A DNA stretch of 63,123 nucleotides, counting the filler, from Bipalium vagum (lineage: Eukaryota): the NCBI GenBank assembly GCA_037834085.1. It is 3 parts of 3 records of this genome, joined end to end, with 100 filler letters (N's around TTAATTAATTAA, not from the genome) between each part and the next. Parts side by side here need not be neighbours in the genome. Positions count along the whole stretch, not along the records: positions 1 to 30,373 come from JBBMKC010271596.1; 2 more parts are not named here. One strand, 5' to 3'. The notes beneath the pieces are model-generated. The model was not told the origin of the DNA. It saw nothing but the letters and a program-made list of their open reading frames with translations, and ran no database searches. Shown here piece after piece: positions 12,101 through 25,329 of this stretch; the first letter of the stretch is position 1, and the number at the start of each line of letters is the position of its first letter. The translations under genes were made by a program, and so were the position numbers.

Positions 12101-15100
12101 ATTAATAATAAAAAGTTGATTTTTCACACCATAGATGTCAATTGCCTCTTTGATTCTATGGTGGGAATGTCTGAGATAGAACTAGATAGCTGGGATCTTT
12201 CTTTCCTGCTAATTACCAACTTTTAGGTTCCTTTGGCTTCACCGAAAAAGAATCAGACAAAATAATGCTAAGATGCGCAATGAGGAATATTTCACAATCA
12301 AATGAGATTTGGTGCAAATTCATAAACCGCGCGGGATTTCACTTAACTAAAGACCGATGCAAACAAGGAAGCCAGAAGATATGAAAAAGTGAAATGAATT
12401 GAGAGTTACAATGTGATTGCTTGGAATTGTTTTCCCATATTTTTGATTTGAAAAATAAATCACTTTTGTTTTACTTATATGTAATTATTGACAGATGACA
12501 AGGAAAGGACAGGGGGTAATTTTACTAAAGAGAGAAAAAACAGCTTGAAATTAAAAACATAATAGAATTGATTCTAAAAGACTTCAATAGAAATCGGCAA
12601 CTAGACTGCAATTGAAATTTTAAAGAATTCCGAAAAATGGGTGCATTATAAGAGTAACTGCGCAGGACCCATCGTTGAATCTTGTCGATTAAAAATCATG
12701 AAAATAAAGTAAAAACTTGTGAAATTTCACCCATAATAGTTTTTCTGACACGAATAGCTTTTCACAAAAATCATAATAACTCGTAACACACTTCTAAATT
12801 ATGGGCAATCGATTGAGAACTCCAACGCCTTTTATACCGATCAGACGATTAGTCAGTCCTAGACCAATAGTCTTATCTGGAAACGTCCATTCTTTTTTTA
12901 TGTATATGATGCTAAATTGTCCCTATTTGCGGATTCCGGTTTAATCCGGGAAATTCGACATTGTCGAAATCAAGAATAAAAATATTATATTACTATTATT
13001 ATATTTTGCACTTCTAATAATTATAATTTACTTTATTTTTAGAATTATTATTATTATTTTTAGAATTATTATTATTGTTAGTTGAAAATTATTCTGAGAT
13101 ACCGGGATTCGAACCCGGGGCCTTCACATGCGCATGGACTGCTCTGACCGCTGAGCTACATCCCCCGACAAATTTTCAATTTATTTCACAATTATTATAA
13201 GAATTTATTATTATTATATCTGCCGAGACCCTTTAGCGGTCATTATAATTTGGAGATATGTGTGTTGGCCTACTCAAAAATATTTATATTTGATTTTATA
13301 AAAGTTTAGTTTTTCAGTTACTTAGTTAATGAAACGTATCTTGAATGTTTAAATATTTATCTCTTACAAAAACTAAATAAAAAAATATAAATAGTTGATG
13401 ATTTTTATTCATAGAGAAGAACTGAGGTCACAATATCAAACTTATTGTGTTGAGTATTGAAGGATTTTCAAAAAATCGATCAACAAAATATTTGGAAAAA
13501 GTTTTATTTGACAAATTGAATAGCTGTAAGCATTAAAACAAAACAACAACTTTAAATAATTGATGTGACGAGAGTTGATAATTTCAATGAATATCTCTTG
13601 GTCCAACGCTGAAATGGTGTTCAAAATAAATAATAAAGAAAATCCCGTTTAATTAAATTATAAATGGTAATAGAGATAATCAAGTGGTCATGGTAAAAAA
13701 ATTAAGACGTAAAATAATTGTTTGAGTAATAAATAAATAAAATTAATAAAAAATACGGCACATCGCCTACTTTATGATGTCATCATATAACATCTGCAGT
13801 CGACCAATGACTTTGTTTGGCGAATATTTTTCTTTATTTTTATATTCTTTTAGTTTTAAAATTTTCTGACCGATTTCTGGAAGTTGACTTTTGAATAAAT
13901 ATATTTTATTTATATATTCTTCCACATCCTAAATTTAAAAAAATATAAAACTCTTGATAAAAAGTAATAAATATTATTAATAATATTATAAAAATATTGT
14001 CAGTTTTTATTCAGTTATAAAAGTACTCGAGCTTTTAATTATCCCTTTTTGTGAACTGAAAAAAGAAAGAAAAAGGAAAGAAAAAATATTACTAATATTT
14101 AATATCATTATTACCAATTTATTCATGATTTTTCTTCCGATGTAACACGGATTTAAAATATAAATCAATTTTTAAATAATTATTTCTCCCGAATTAAAAA
14201 AAATTAATTAAATGAGTAAACAAGCAAAGAATGAAGAATTGATTTTAAATGTCATTACAGATCTCTGGTGCTGATTATTCAACGAGAATTTAATAAAATA
14301 AATAAAGTCAATCTTTTCACCTAACAGATCAACATTTTCATAAATGAGAGAAAATTTAAAAAGTCTAGATTTAAACAAACGTGGGTAATGTTTTTCCAGA
14401 TTAAGATCTTTTTTATTAGATATATTAGCATCAGAACATTTTATTAATTTATTTTCTAAAAATGCCAAGTCTGAAATTTATATTTAATAATAATTAAAAA
14501 AAAGATTATGACATTTTATGATTTTTTTTTATTTTTGAGATAATTTAACGAAGTTTTGAAAATGGTTACACTTTTTATAAAATAATAATATTGATTTTTT
14601 AAATTTATTAAACATTTTTGTAAATTCTAAAGTCGTTGCTTGTTCGATTTTGAAGTGAAAATTATATCTTATTAAAACAAATCTTATTAAAATATTAAAA
14701 ATTAACTTAAGGATAATAAATTTTAATTTTTGGTTTTCATGGGGATTAAAATATGTCAAGATAAATCCCTCTGAAATAAATTTGATTAGGAAAAATTAAT
14801 ATTTTTATACCAATAAATAATTATTTCAAAATTAAATTGCCCAGAATAGAAGGAATTGGTTTTTCTTAGAAATATTTCGTTAAATAATAAATAATATTAT
14901 ATATATAATAAATATTTGTTTTATTGATTAGGAAAATTTTTCAAATTTCGTGTTTTAATTTTCGGTTTTGTGGTTTTCATTAATAAATATTATTGGTTCA
15001 GAAAGCACTGTTTATTTTAATTTTAAAATTATTTTAAGTGTTTGAGTGCGAAATTAGTCGCTGTTCGTTAGAACTTCTTAAAAACCTTTTAAAACCAACT

Positions 15101-18100
15101 ATACCTTGAAAATTTTATATATAGAATAATATAAATAAGTAACTTAACGTTATATTCATATGAACAAAAGGATTGATTTAATATTTTTACTTGAGAAATC
15201 ATTTAAAAGAGGACTTTTTGAATGAGATTTGTATGACCATTTTTAGACATAACATTCTAGGCATGTTTATGTTTACAGACCTTAATTTAAGTTTCTGGTC
15301 ATAATTCTAGACTAAATTTATGAAAAGGGTTCTTTAACATAAGTTGAAAAAATGAAATGAATCGAATATTTTAAAAATAAATATTACTTTTTACCATGGA
15401 ACTTTGAATGCAAATGTTTTAATAAAAATAAGACAATTAACCGACAAAAAGTCCACTTGATTCAACAAACTTTATCCGAGAAGTATATTTATTCCCGTTG
15501 AGGAATAACCGAACCATCATCTTCTTTTGGGGTTACAATCTCTTCCTTCTGTAAATTCTCGAGCTGTTATCTGTAGAGTGGCCTCGCTCTAAACTCTTAA
15601 ATTGTCTTTTTCGATGATAGTCTTTCGTCCACGATAGTTAGTTATTCGTTCTCTGAATGTACTGTTGTTGTGACGAACAGCTTTTTCTCCTTTAAGGCTC
15701 AGTTTAAATTCGTACAAAAAAATTGCGCAGACAATAATAAGTGGTATAATTATGAAGCATATCATTTTAACTTAAATTAAAATATCAAATTTACAAAAAT
15801 GCAGATTGAAACGAGCGCTTTAAAATGATATAATAAACGCATTAAAACAAAAGATAAATTGTTAAAATAATGTTTAATAAATGATAATGACAAGAAGGAC
15901 CTTTTTCTGGAACCACCTAATATGTAACATAAAAGTTAGTAACATATTTATATTTCATATGTAGATGAATATTTCCAATGTCAGATTTATTTCATAAATA
16001 TTTTTAAATACTTAATGTATTTTCGAACAAAATGAAATAAAATACTCGTTCCAGTAATAACCAAATCTCATGTGAATACTGAAGCTGTCCACCAAATTCA
16101 CTTGTTAAATCTTTTTGATTAATAAAATTATACAAATCTGAAGAAGATTTCACAAGAATGCTCTACAATATTTTCTTAAAAAGTTAAGGAAAAAATTAAA
16201 AAACTTTGATTCCGAATGGTTTTGATACTGGTCCTGAAGATTTGAACACTTTAGACAAAGTATTCGGTACTTTAATGTTGAGATTCTTTTTGATTTGATT
16301 CACCAGGATCGTATCTTGGGGCTTTATTCCGTAAAATATGCACCGGCACTGAGGATTTATTTTCTGAAAAATATTTATAAAAATTTTCAAGGGGTAAATT
16401 ATATCACAAAATTTTTATAATAACTTTTTTTAATTTAATAAATTAATGTAATAATATTATTTATCTGGTAACCATGAAATGACTTTTTGTATGACTATTT
16501 TAAAAATCGAATAGAGACTAATCAATGACCTTTAATTAAATTTTATTCATTGAAATAATCGCCATCACAATAAAAACACTTTTCCAACGAGAAATCAGTT
16601 TATAAATACAACGTTTAAAAAATTTAGTCTTTTCAGGCGAAAATATTACTAAAGTTCCAATTAAATTTCATTTCTTTTTTTGATTTTAATTAAAAGATTT
16701 TAATTTGTAGGATAAATATCAGGAAGATGTGGTGAATGTGCCAGAATTTCTCAATGTAACGCTTTAATTTTCTCACGTGTGACTTTTGCGATATGTTCTA
16801 TTGCATTATCATGTAACAATATCACAATATTTTTATCGATTAGATCTTTTTTTTGTTGAAGCAGCAAATCTTTTACTTTACCAAGTTGCATTACGGAGAA
16901 ACCAGCATTGGTGGTTGCATCCTTATCGAGAAACTCGTAGTGAATAATATCTGTTAAATTTCACCACATTCAAATCACGATGTTATAAATATGATTAGTT
17001 GTTTTTGGAATGTGTGGTATTGGATTATTTGGTGATATCCAATGATGATTTCACTTATTATTGATGAAAAATGTATACATTAATAAAGACGAATTATGAA
17101 ATTTCAGTATGAAAACCATATTTCTTTTTAAAAATAAAAATACAGTTATTAGCACATACTTAATCCTCGTATATAAAAAGCGTACGAACTATCTTGGTTA
17201 CCGGATATAATTATTATAAAAATTACAAATTTTAAGGTGGTATGGTATATAAAAGGTATGGTTTCTTCATAATATAAGATTTTAATGAATACAAGACGAT
17301 ATATCAGGTTGAGTCATAAGTTATTCATGTCTTTAGTTATTTAAAGGTCTTGTTTTACCATATCATTTAATAATAATATTTATAATGAAAAATTTGGTAT
17401 CAGTTAAAGGCCCTTGAAAAGGAGAATGTTATTACATTTTAAAAGCTAAATTTAAAAATTCCATTCCCCTATTTTTACAGTTAGAATGATTTAAGAAAAG
17501 CAGAAATTCTGATCATATTAAGCCATTATTGGAAAAAGGCTGCGACTCGAGAAATTGAGCAATTGGCAGAAAGATTGCTTCGAGTTAAAGAAAGTGATGG
17601 ATTGTATTTCGAGGATTAATGTGATCCTTGTTAATGAAATTTTGTAAATAAAGTATTTCCATAAAAATATGAATAACTTTTGACTCAATCTGATATTAAG
17701 TGTTCTAATAAGATCTCACCGAAATTTTTAAACAAGTACAGACCAACATTTTTAATTTTAGATACACATATTCATTAAAGTATTATCCACCACTTTGTTT
17801 GACTTTATCGCAATACACTTTCAAGTTGGTAATTTCATTTTCATAAAATCTGTTTTTTTACTGAGGAAGAAATCAAACACTTCCATTAATATAAAGGGAT
17901 TCTGTTGACATGGAAGTTTATAGGCAAAAATAAGAATTCAAATTATGTGAATAAGGGTTTAAAAGCGGCAAAAATGAAAAGCGTGTATCAGGAGCATTTA
18001 GTTTGAACCTAAGATTGAAAAAAAGGGACTAACAAAAGTCACCAAATTCTAAAGTGTTTCATCAAAATAGATATAATACACAACTATACAAAAAGAAAAC

Positions 18101-19108
18101 TTTTCCTAAAAACGATTTTCTTGTCTTTTTAATTAATCTTTTATTATTAGAAATCTCTTTTTTATGGAGTACACAATTCTTTAAAAAATCTCATGATAAT
18201 ATTTTCTTGTTTCAGTATAAAGGTAATAAAAAGTAAAGATAAGAACTGAATACTCTAACTCCATTTAGAAATAATAATAATAGTTTAATAAACTAATTAT
18301 TTAAATAATTATAGTTTAATGAATATCTGTCGATTCCTGGTAACCCTACCTGAAATTCATTTATGGTATTTAAAATGGCATCCACAATAATCAAAGATCC
18401 TGCTCGAAAATCGACTAGGAACGCTAAGCCTTGGTGATTGCTGGAGATCCCTAACATTTTATAGTAATATATTAAGCCATTTAATATTTCCGATTCCGAA
18501 ATTTGCAACATCTGAATCTTCAAATGGGCTTGGATAGGAAAGACAACCAACGGTCTACCTTCAAGATCGTGTCCACCTGAAGAAAAGAATTATTAATACA
18601 CACATATCCATAATAGATGTTCAACGAAGTCATTGATATGTAAAATGTATTTGAATTGTTACCGGAAATCTCTCAAAAATCACATAATAGGCCACCGTAA
18701 GTTATAACAGGTGACATGGAGTTATATAAGAGTCTAATTACGGCTGTTATTTTTTAAAAAATATTTCTTATAAAATAAATAAAATCGGACATGATCAAAA
18801 AGAATTATCTGAGAATGGTTTTCCTAGAAATGGAGTCTCATAAAATAAAAAGAATTATATTTTATTCATTTTTATATATTTAAAAATATTTTCACAAATT
18901 TATCTCCAATCAAAATGAACTAAAATGAAAAATAATTTGATAATAATTTTTAATGTTTTGAAAAACAATATCGTAACATACCGGTTACAGTGATCACGCC
19001 ATCTCGAATAACAGGATCATTTGGAAGTGGGATCAAGTTCAGATCATTGAAGTAAAGTTCTAATTGTCGATCACGGATCGGGGATTTGCTTGGGATTTGA
19101 GAAAACAT
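6112..19108 (-). CDS. SEC14/CRAL-TRIO and spectrin-repeat protein, SESTD1-like (multi-exon)
   Basis: Hand-built GT-AG exon chain: 19108-18982, 18576-18350, 16363-16205, 16162-16046, [14626-14572, 14470-14381 tentative], 13608-13551, 10963-10708, 10669-10533, 8925-8737, 8692-8457, 8414-8201, 8125-8081, 8031-7814, 6232-6112 (TAA). Phases are compatible at all junctions except 10708/10669. SEC14 motifs of Trio/Kalirin/SESTD1 type: TGGHDLEGRPLVVFP, GLAFLVDFR, IKP, FINQKDLTSEFGGQLQYSHEIW. These are followed by helical spectrin-like segments (EEVFWIQE...DAEEAESTARKFHNF). No DH/PH exon was found. Confidence 0.75.
6560..7330 (-). mobile_element. Degenerate rosa/DD41D-like Tc1-mariner remnant (intronic)
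   Basis: Motifs ELGISCGSLWKILR, QLTQLLKETDH, DGFVNKQNCDIWADVNP, IIGSHFFKDEAG and SCDLIPLDYFL. Boundaries approximate. Confidence 0.65.
9073..9950 (+). mobile_element. 3'-truncated mariner, mellifera-like (intronic)
   Basis: 5' TIR-like TTGGGTGACCTAAAAAGTTCCCGCCGTTT after TA. Motifs KEEIRYILKFYF, GNFDVTDEPLSGRP, DIWVPPDL, EPFLKRLI and WDWKG. Confidence 0.88.
10245..10314. repeat. Terminus of a Tc1/mariner-superfamily element; second copy at 47062-47134
   Basis: Two similar ~70-bp copies ending ...AGTCTTT(C/T)AGTGGCCAC(T/C)CTGTA, the reverse complement of a TACAGGGTGGCC-type TIR. Confidence 0.65.
13095..13165 (-). pseudogene. tRNA-Ala pseudogene or tRNA-derived SINE head
   Basis: Sequence GGGGATGTAGCTCAGCGGTCAGAGC...GGCCCCGGGTTCGAATCCCGGTATCTCA. 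A and B boxes, D and T arms and the G3:U70 Ala identity pair are intact. The anticodon stem cannot pair normally and 1:72 is mismatched. Confidence 0.8.
15400..15920 (-). mobile_element. Mariner 5' remnant (cecropia-like)
   Basis: TIR-like TTAGGTGGTTCCAGAAAAAG ending at 15920 with TA. N-terminal FLYEFKL and GRKTIIEKDNL motifs. Confidence 0.6.
16560..17100 (-). mobile_element. Mariner catalytic-domain remnant
   Basis: Motifs IIHYEFL, IVLLHDNA and EILAHSPHLPD in broken frames. Confidence 0.7.
17304..17693 (+). mobile_element. 390-bp mariner deletion derivative (MITE)
   Basis: TIRs TCAG(G/A)TTGAGTCA(T/A)AAGTTATTCAT with flanking TA on both sides. The interior fuses the transposase start (KAEILIILSHYWKK) to its end (QLAERLLRVKESDGLYFED*). 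Confidence 0.88.
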
Positions 19109-19799
19109 GACTGAAATCAGGTTTATTTCAAATTAAATCTTGAGCTGTATTTATAAATAAAATTTCTTGTTGTCTTAGTAAACAGACCTGTGTATTGATT
19201 TTGATCAGAAAGGAACAATACCAAAAATCGATAGTTGGGCCATTTGTCATGCTCTTTAAAATTGAATGTATTCTACATGGGGATTATTTCTGCTTTACTA
19301 CCCCGAAATGGGAAGTCATTGTCATTGTTGTTGATTGTGGATTTTAATGAGATAATCGCTGTCTATGATACTCTATTGTCATGTTCATATCATAATCAAA
19401 AGCTTGTTTTTTTCTTTTAAATAAAAAAAATAAATATCATTACAAAACCCCTGGTCTTCAAATTTAACCTGACCAGGTTCTTTTATTAATGAAATTTTCT
19501 TTTATTCTTTTAAAAAAAATAAAAAAAACTTTTCCACCTTTTTAAAAAAAATATTTATATTTTAAATTCTTTTTCTTTTTTATTGATTTGTCAAATGCAT
19601 TATTTATGTTCCCTTTATCTTTTCACAAGAATAAAAAATTTTCCTTGGATTTAGAAGGATTTAACAATATTTTATTTATAGTTTTATTTTTATTTAATAA
19701 TATAAAATATTTTCGGTTATATACGAAAAGGAACACAAAGAACCTAGAACTATACGAAAACTTTGCACCAGGATTCTTTAGATACCGTTTTTAATAATT

Positions 19800-20310
19800 A
19801 CTTCTTGATTGGATGGGTTGCAAGTATAGTATCAATTTTTCCCATATGAAATAGCGGTTTTTAAAATGTAACTTGGCTTAATCAAAAATAACTATGAAAC
19901 ACATTTTATTCAATAAAATATCTTCCATTGTTCTCTATACATTTCTGTCATTGAGAAAATAAATTGTGAATTCCCTTTTCATGTAAATCAAGATTTTAAG
20001 ACTCAAAAAACTGAAGCATGATATTGAGGACGTCGCCTTGGTTCAAAAACACCTAATTGGTCAGAAATGTTTGAAAATATGATAATCTGATGGTGAGAGC
20101 TCTGGCGAATAACTTGGATGAAGTAAAATTCCATAGTTTAAGTTATGTACCTTTTGTGCTGTTAATCTCGAAACACATTGTCTTGCATTATTAGGTTCCT
20201 TTAAAAATAATCCCTTTTATAAACAAATGCTGGATGATTTCCAAGTAACTTCCTGTACACTACTTCAATTTCGTTGAAGTATGACTAACCTGTGATAGAC
20301 TTACCAGTTT
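19800..20310 (-). mobile_element. Mariner 3' remnant
   Basis: LHPSYSPELSPSDYHIF motif and a downstream C-terminal segment. Confidence 0.7.
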
Positions 20311-20324
20311 TTAAAAGTTATAGT

Positions 20325-21310
20325 TATTTTTATTTATTAAAATAGAAACCATTACACTGAACAAATTTCTTCCAACTAGTCACAAACTTATTTATCCTGA
20401 TTAAATAAAAATCCGGTGTTCTATATGTTCCATAATCTTCGAAGGCTTTAATAACAGTATGATCATTATGAAAGAATTTCTCAATGAAGAACTTTCCAAA
20501 ATATTTGAAGAAATAATAATCAATCTGATGAGTAGACTTGGTGAGGAAGAATGCCAATATCAAAATGTTTCAATTTTTGTAAGGTAGATTAAGCGACTTG
20601 TGGTCTTGTGTTACCATGGAGACACAACTGGTCTGTCCTATTGACTAATGCTGGGTAGATAAATTGCAATTTTTGATAGATACACGCATCTTTGATTTTA
20701 CGACGGCAATTGTATGACAAAATTTTTGTTGTGCAAAAAAAGTGCTGATGACACCTCAAAAAGACTATTTTTTTCTGTCAAGTCGTGTTAAACCAATTTG
20801 CTGAGTTTCCTATTTCTCGCAAATGGTTAGATACAATCATAGCTTAAACATCTAGCGCACAGCTAAGCACTCGAACCGTTGTACGCGAATCAGTCTTAAC
20901 CAGTGTCTTCAAATCGTCATTGGATATGGAAGATTTTCGTCCAATACCATCTTTTCTCGAATATCTTCATCTTCATCCTTAAATCTTTGAAACCAGCGTT
21001 GAGCGCTACGTTCAATAGTGGTACCTTCTCCAAATATGCGCTTCAGATTTCGAGCGATTTGTATTCATAAAGGAGTACTGATCTAATTTGGATGTTCATC
21101 TTGTTTTCAAATGCCTAAAACGTTTAGATTTTAATAAATAAATATGATAACATAAAATTTTTTAAATAACAGTTTTGGTTGACTTACCTTTCCAAAGACT
21201 TTGTTTTAAGAGATAAACAAATCTAAATTACTAAAACAAAATTTAATTCAACAATTCAAAATGCAAAGATGAAGTCATGAAAACCGCCATTAATTTCTTT
21301 TCAAACTAAA
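20325..21310 (-). mobile_element. Degenerate mariner (cecropia-like)
   Basis: IRSVLLYE, QRWFQRFK and GRKSSISNDDLKTLV at the N-terminus; HGNTRPQVA and INKFVTSWKKFVQCNGFYFNK* at the C-terminus. Confidence 0.75.
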
Positions 21311-21461
21311 AATAATGAGTGTACATTTGATTTAATAAGTTTTGATGTTTGATTATAATTTTGATTTAATGAGATTTGGTTACATTTATCCATTTAAAAT
21401 AAAATTATGGGTTAAAAAATCACTAAAAATATTTTGTTAAAAAATACGATCCGTTTTTCTT

Positions 21462-21599
21462 TGTTATAATTTTGTTGGGTTTACCAAAACACCCACCCGT
21501 CCCAAAGGAAAATGGTAAAAGGGTGCTCAAAATAATAAGAATAATAATAATAATTATGAAATTGGGCTCAAAAGAACACAAATAATAATAATAATAATC

Positions 21600-21634
<35 letters not shown>

Positions 21635-22559
21635 TAAAAAAAATAATTTTAGCTAATTAAAAAGTACAAAGTTAATTAAAAGGAAAAAAGGCAATAAATT
21701 ATTTTTTGTTGGGATCTAATCTTGACAATGGCGAACCTAAATTGCCAAGATTAGATCAGGGTCCGCAAGGAGGGACCGATTTATGATTAATGATCCTAAA
21801 AGGGAATGGACATTTCCTATTAATAAAACTGGTCTACGACTGATTATTTGTCGACCAAAATACTATATAAGGAGAAGGATTCTACCATAAATTCGTCCAC
21901 AATCACCAGAGCAACCAGGAGGAGAGAACTCTTAAGAGAACCAGATATTCGTATTCGTATCGAGAATCAGTCTACTACAAAAGTATTTTTTTCTCTAATA
22001 GTAATTTGCCTGGGATCTTGTTTAAGTTACCCACCAGAGGGCTATTTCTGAGCAACTGTAAAGGCTCAGCTAATAATCCGGGAAGCTTAAACGAAGATAA
22101 TTCGTAAGCTTATTCCATTTTTTTATTATCATCTTAATTTTATTATCGGTTAAAACTTAGTAATTTGATTATATTATTTCATATTAACTATTGATTAACT
22201 TTAAGTATTGATTTGTGTTTCTTAAGTCGAATTTTATTAACTATTGTGTTTGATTGATTATTAAAGGCAATTGCAGACATTTCAGATCTTATTGTGATCC
22301 CCTTTCTCTTGAGTTTGACGATTTTTTGTAATTGTTATCACTGTGATTTCGTGTGAAGTTTGTATTATAAATACAAGTTTTGCTTTATTGACTGTTATTA
22401 TTTTTGCACCACCTAAGAGTTGGAGTCAGGTTTAACGTTTGATACATTGGTTAGTGAACAATTTTTATGAAAAATGTCTCACGAAAAATTTGTTCCTCAT
22501 TTAATTTTTAAAGATAAATAATAATAATATAATACTGTTATTATCATGGTTACAGAAGT
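21462..22559 (+). mobile_element. Probable 5' LTR of an LTR retrotransposon with primer-binding site
   Basis: Starts TGTTATAA (21462) and ends TTATCA (22546), directly followed by TGGTTACAGAAGT, which resembles the gypsy tRNA-Leu PBS TGGTGTCAGAAGT. Internal TATATAA at about 21864 and an (AAT)n tract. No TSD or gag was found. Confidence 0.45.
21531..21634. repeat. (AAT)n microsatellite tract
   Basis: Visible AAT runs inside the putative LTR. Confidence 0.9.
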
Positions 22560-24249
22560 TCCATCAAAGTTAATTTTATATTTATTTTATTATATATTTA
22601 ATTTATATTTATTTTATATATTTATTTTATATTTTTAATTTATATTTAATTAAATTTTTTTATTATATTTTATATTTTAGGTAATATTTAATTTTGTTAT
22701 TATTTTGAATTATTCTTCTCACAACTTATTTGAGTTCATATATTATTTCTTTTTTTTTTTAAAAATAAAGCCATTTAATTTTGACATTTAAGATTATTTT
22801 TTATTTAACTTTATCTTTTGCATGAAAAATCGAATCAATTTTAGATTAATTAAATTAAGAAATTGTTTACTTTGATTCGTGTTTAAAATTGTTTGATAAA
22901 ATTTTTGAAGTTCAGATTTTTATGAATATTGATTATCTATTTTTGAATCAATAAAAAAATTTCGCAAAATATAAAATAAAATTTTATGTAATTTTCAATA
23001 TTATTTATTTTTAATTATTGATTTGATATTGGATTATCTAAATAGAAATGTGCAATTTATCTTAAACAAAAATAACGAATTGTATATTTGAAATGAAAAA
23101 ATGTTGCTCAACCAAGTGGACAATGCCAAAGCGTCTGGTCGATTCTGGATAACTTAAAAAACTGTTTATTCCCAAAGTGTGATCTATTGAAACGAAACTT
23201 TTCTATTTAGTAATAAAAGCAACTTGATAAAAGTGACGGAGTTTAAAATAGCTTCAATAACTGAACAAAGTAAATATTTCTTCCGTTTCTCGGTTCAGTG
23301 GTTTTGGGGATTGACAGTTTTCCGGTCTATTGTTTAAGTGAATTCTGAAATCGAAATGTCAATATTTACGATGTCAAAAGGCTCAAGTGAAAGCTCAAAG
23401 AGAAATTGTAAAAATTTCCATTCAAAATAAACAGTTGGAAAACTAATTAAACAATGTTGACAATATTTTCCCTAAATTAAATATGTGTAAAAATTTTGTC
23501 ATTCCCCTTGAAATAAAAAATATTTAATTATATTATTGAATTTTTTGTTTTAATCTATTGGAATTTCTTTGTTTCATTCATTTACTTCTGACTTATTAAT
23601 AAATTTTCTTTTAAAACTTAAAACTGAATGAAAGTAGTTTTATTTATTTATATATTTATATTTTATTACCCTATTGGAAATAACAACAGCTTTATGTGCT
23701 CTTGTTATGGATTCAGTTTATTAGTTGATTAATTTTATTAATGATAGTTCCTGAACTGACGTTAAGTTTCCGAATATTTTATTGTTTTATCGAAACCCCA
23801 ATAAAATAATTTTTCCTAATGGAAATAAATTATTTTAAGCATTGATTTTATATGGTTGTAATAAACAGTAAACAGAAATTGATTATATTTCATACCGACT
23901 CTGTAAAATGCAATTAATTCTGTGTTCGGATCACTGCACAAATGGAATTTTCGGACTTCTGAAAATAACCACAGAATATTTTCAGACTTGGGAACAACAG
24001 ACTGAATTATCAATTTTCGGAAAATGTAATTAACATTACCATTTGTTTGGTAAACACAATATTTAGTATAACCACATATGAAGTCAGCTGTAGTCTGCAT
24101 ATATTATACAGGGTGTGTGCGTGTGAAGTAAGTATCGGATTTTGGAGCTCAGCAAAATTTTTATATGATAATTAAATATATTTAATTTACATGTTTTCTA
24201 AGAAATAGAATTTCTGAAATTTAATCTAAGTGTTCAATTGTTTTAATAA

Positions 24250-25030
24250 GTGGATATCACCAAATTTAATTGAGGTAAATTCAAATCTTAAAAATATTAT
24301 TTAAAATCAATCACACGAATCAGACATTTAAAACTGTTGAAATGAGATATGATACCTACAGTGAGGACAATAAGGAAGATATTTGCAAATACAAAGTTTG
24401 TGATCTTTGGACGTCTGGATGACCATCACATAAAGATGAAAAAAATGTGAGCAATAAGTTACGTTTATGAGGAGTTAAGCATTATTTTGATATAATGAAG
24501 TTTCCGGATTACTTACTGTCTTCCTTCACATTTTCATTCTTTTCAGAATATTCTTCTTAAAAATTATTATTGTAAGGCCAAGGAAGAATTATTTAATAGT
24601 TGCTAAAGCGACAAAACAGATGAATTGAAATTCAATGAAAGTTTGGAAGTAGTAAAAAGAAAGGAGCTTCGACGAAAAACGAAATCAATGAAACAAATAA
24701 GAAAAATCGTCTCTTCCTTCATAATGGTACACAGTCATAAACATCATTTCTATACAGACTATCACGAGAAAATGTTATCCAAATAATCCTCTAAGAGGTT
24801 GATTTTGGGAGTTTTAGCATCTTCCGTATTACCCTGATCTTTCACCAACAGATTTTTATCTTATCCACTTGTTGTCCAACCAAATGAAAAGTATTACTAT
24901 TGGGAGGAAAAGGAGTAGATTTTCTTTCTCAGTAGATCTAGAATTTTCTGGAATGAAGGTTTCGACAAACTGGTAAAAGGTGGAAGAAAGTGTTTAATAA
25001 TAACGGAAATTATATTATGGATTTACTTTA
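24250..25030 (+). mobile_element. Highly degenerate mariner remnant
   Basis: LLLHNG, HLPYYPDLSPTDFYL and KVFNNNGNYI-type C-terminal motifs. Confidence 0.65.
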
Positions 25031-25329
25031 TTGTTAGTAAATAAAATGTTTTATTGTTGATAAATAAATAAATAAATATTAATCAAAATAAAAAAATTGC
25101 TATAATATAAGATTTAAAAATGCAGAAGATTTGGAAAAACTGCTCAAAAGGGTTTTCAGTTTGGATCTAACGAATACTATTAATAATTATTTAATCAAAA
25201 AGTGGAAAATGTTTTAAATAATGATGGCAATGATATCATCGATTAAATTTTTATTATTATGTGCTTAACTATGAAGTTGTAGATTTAAGATAAAGAATTT
25301 ACACTTATTTTTCTGAAAAAAAACAAAAT

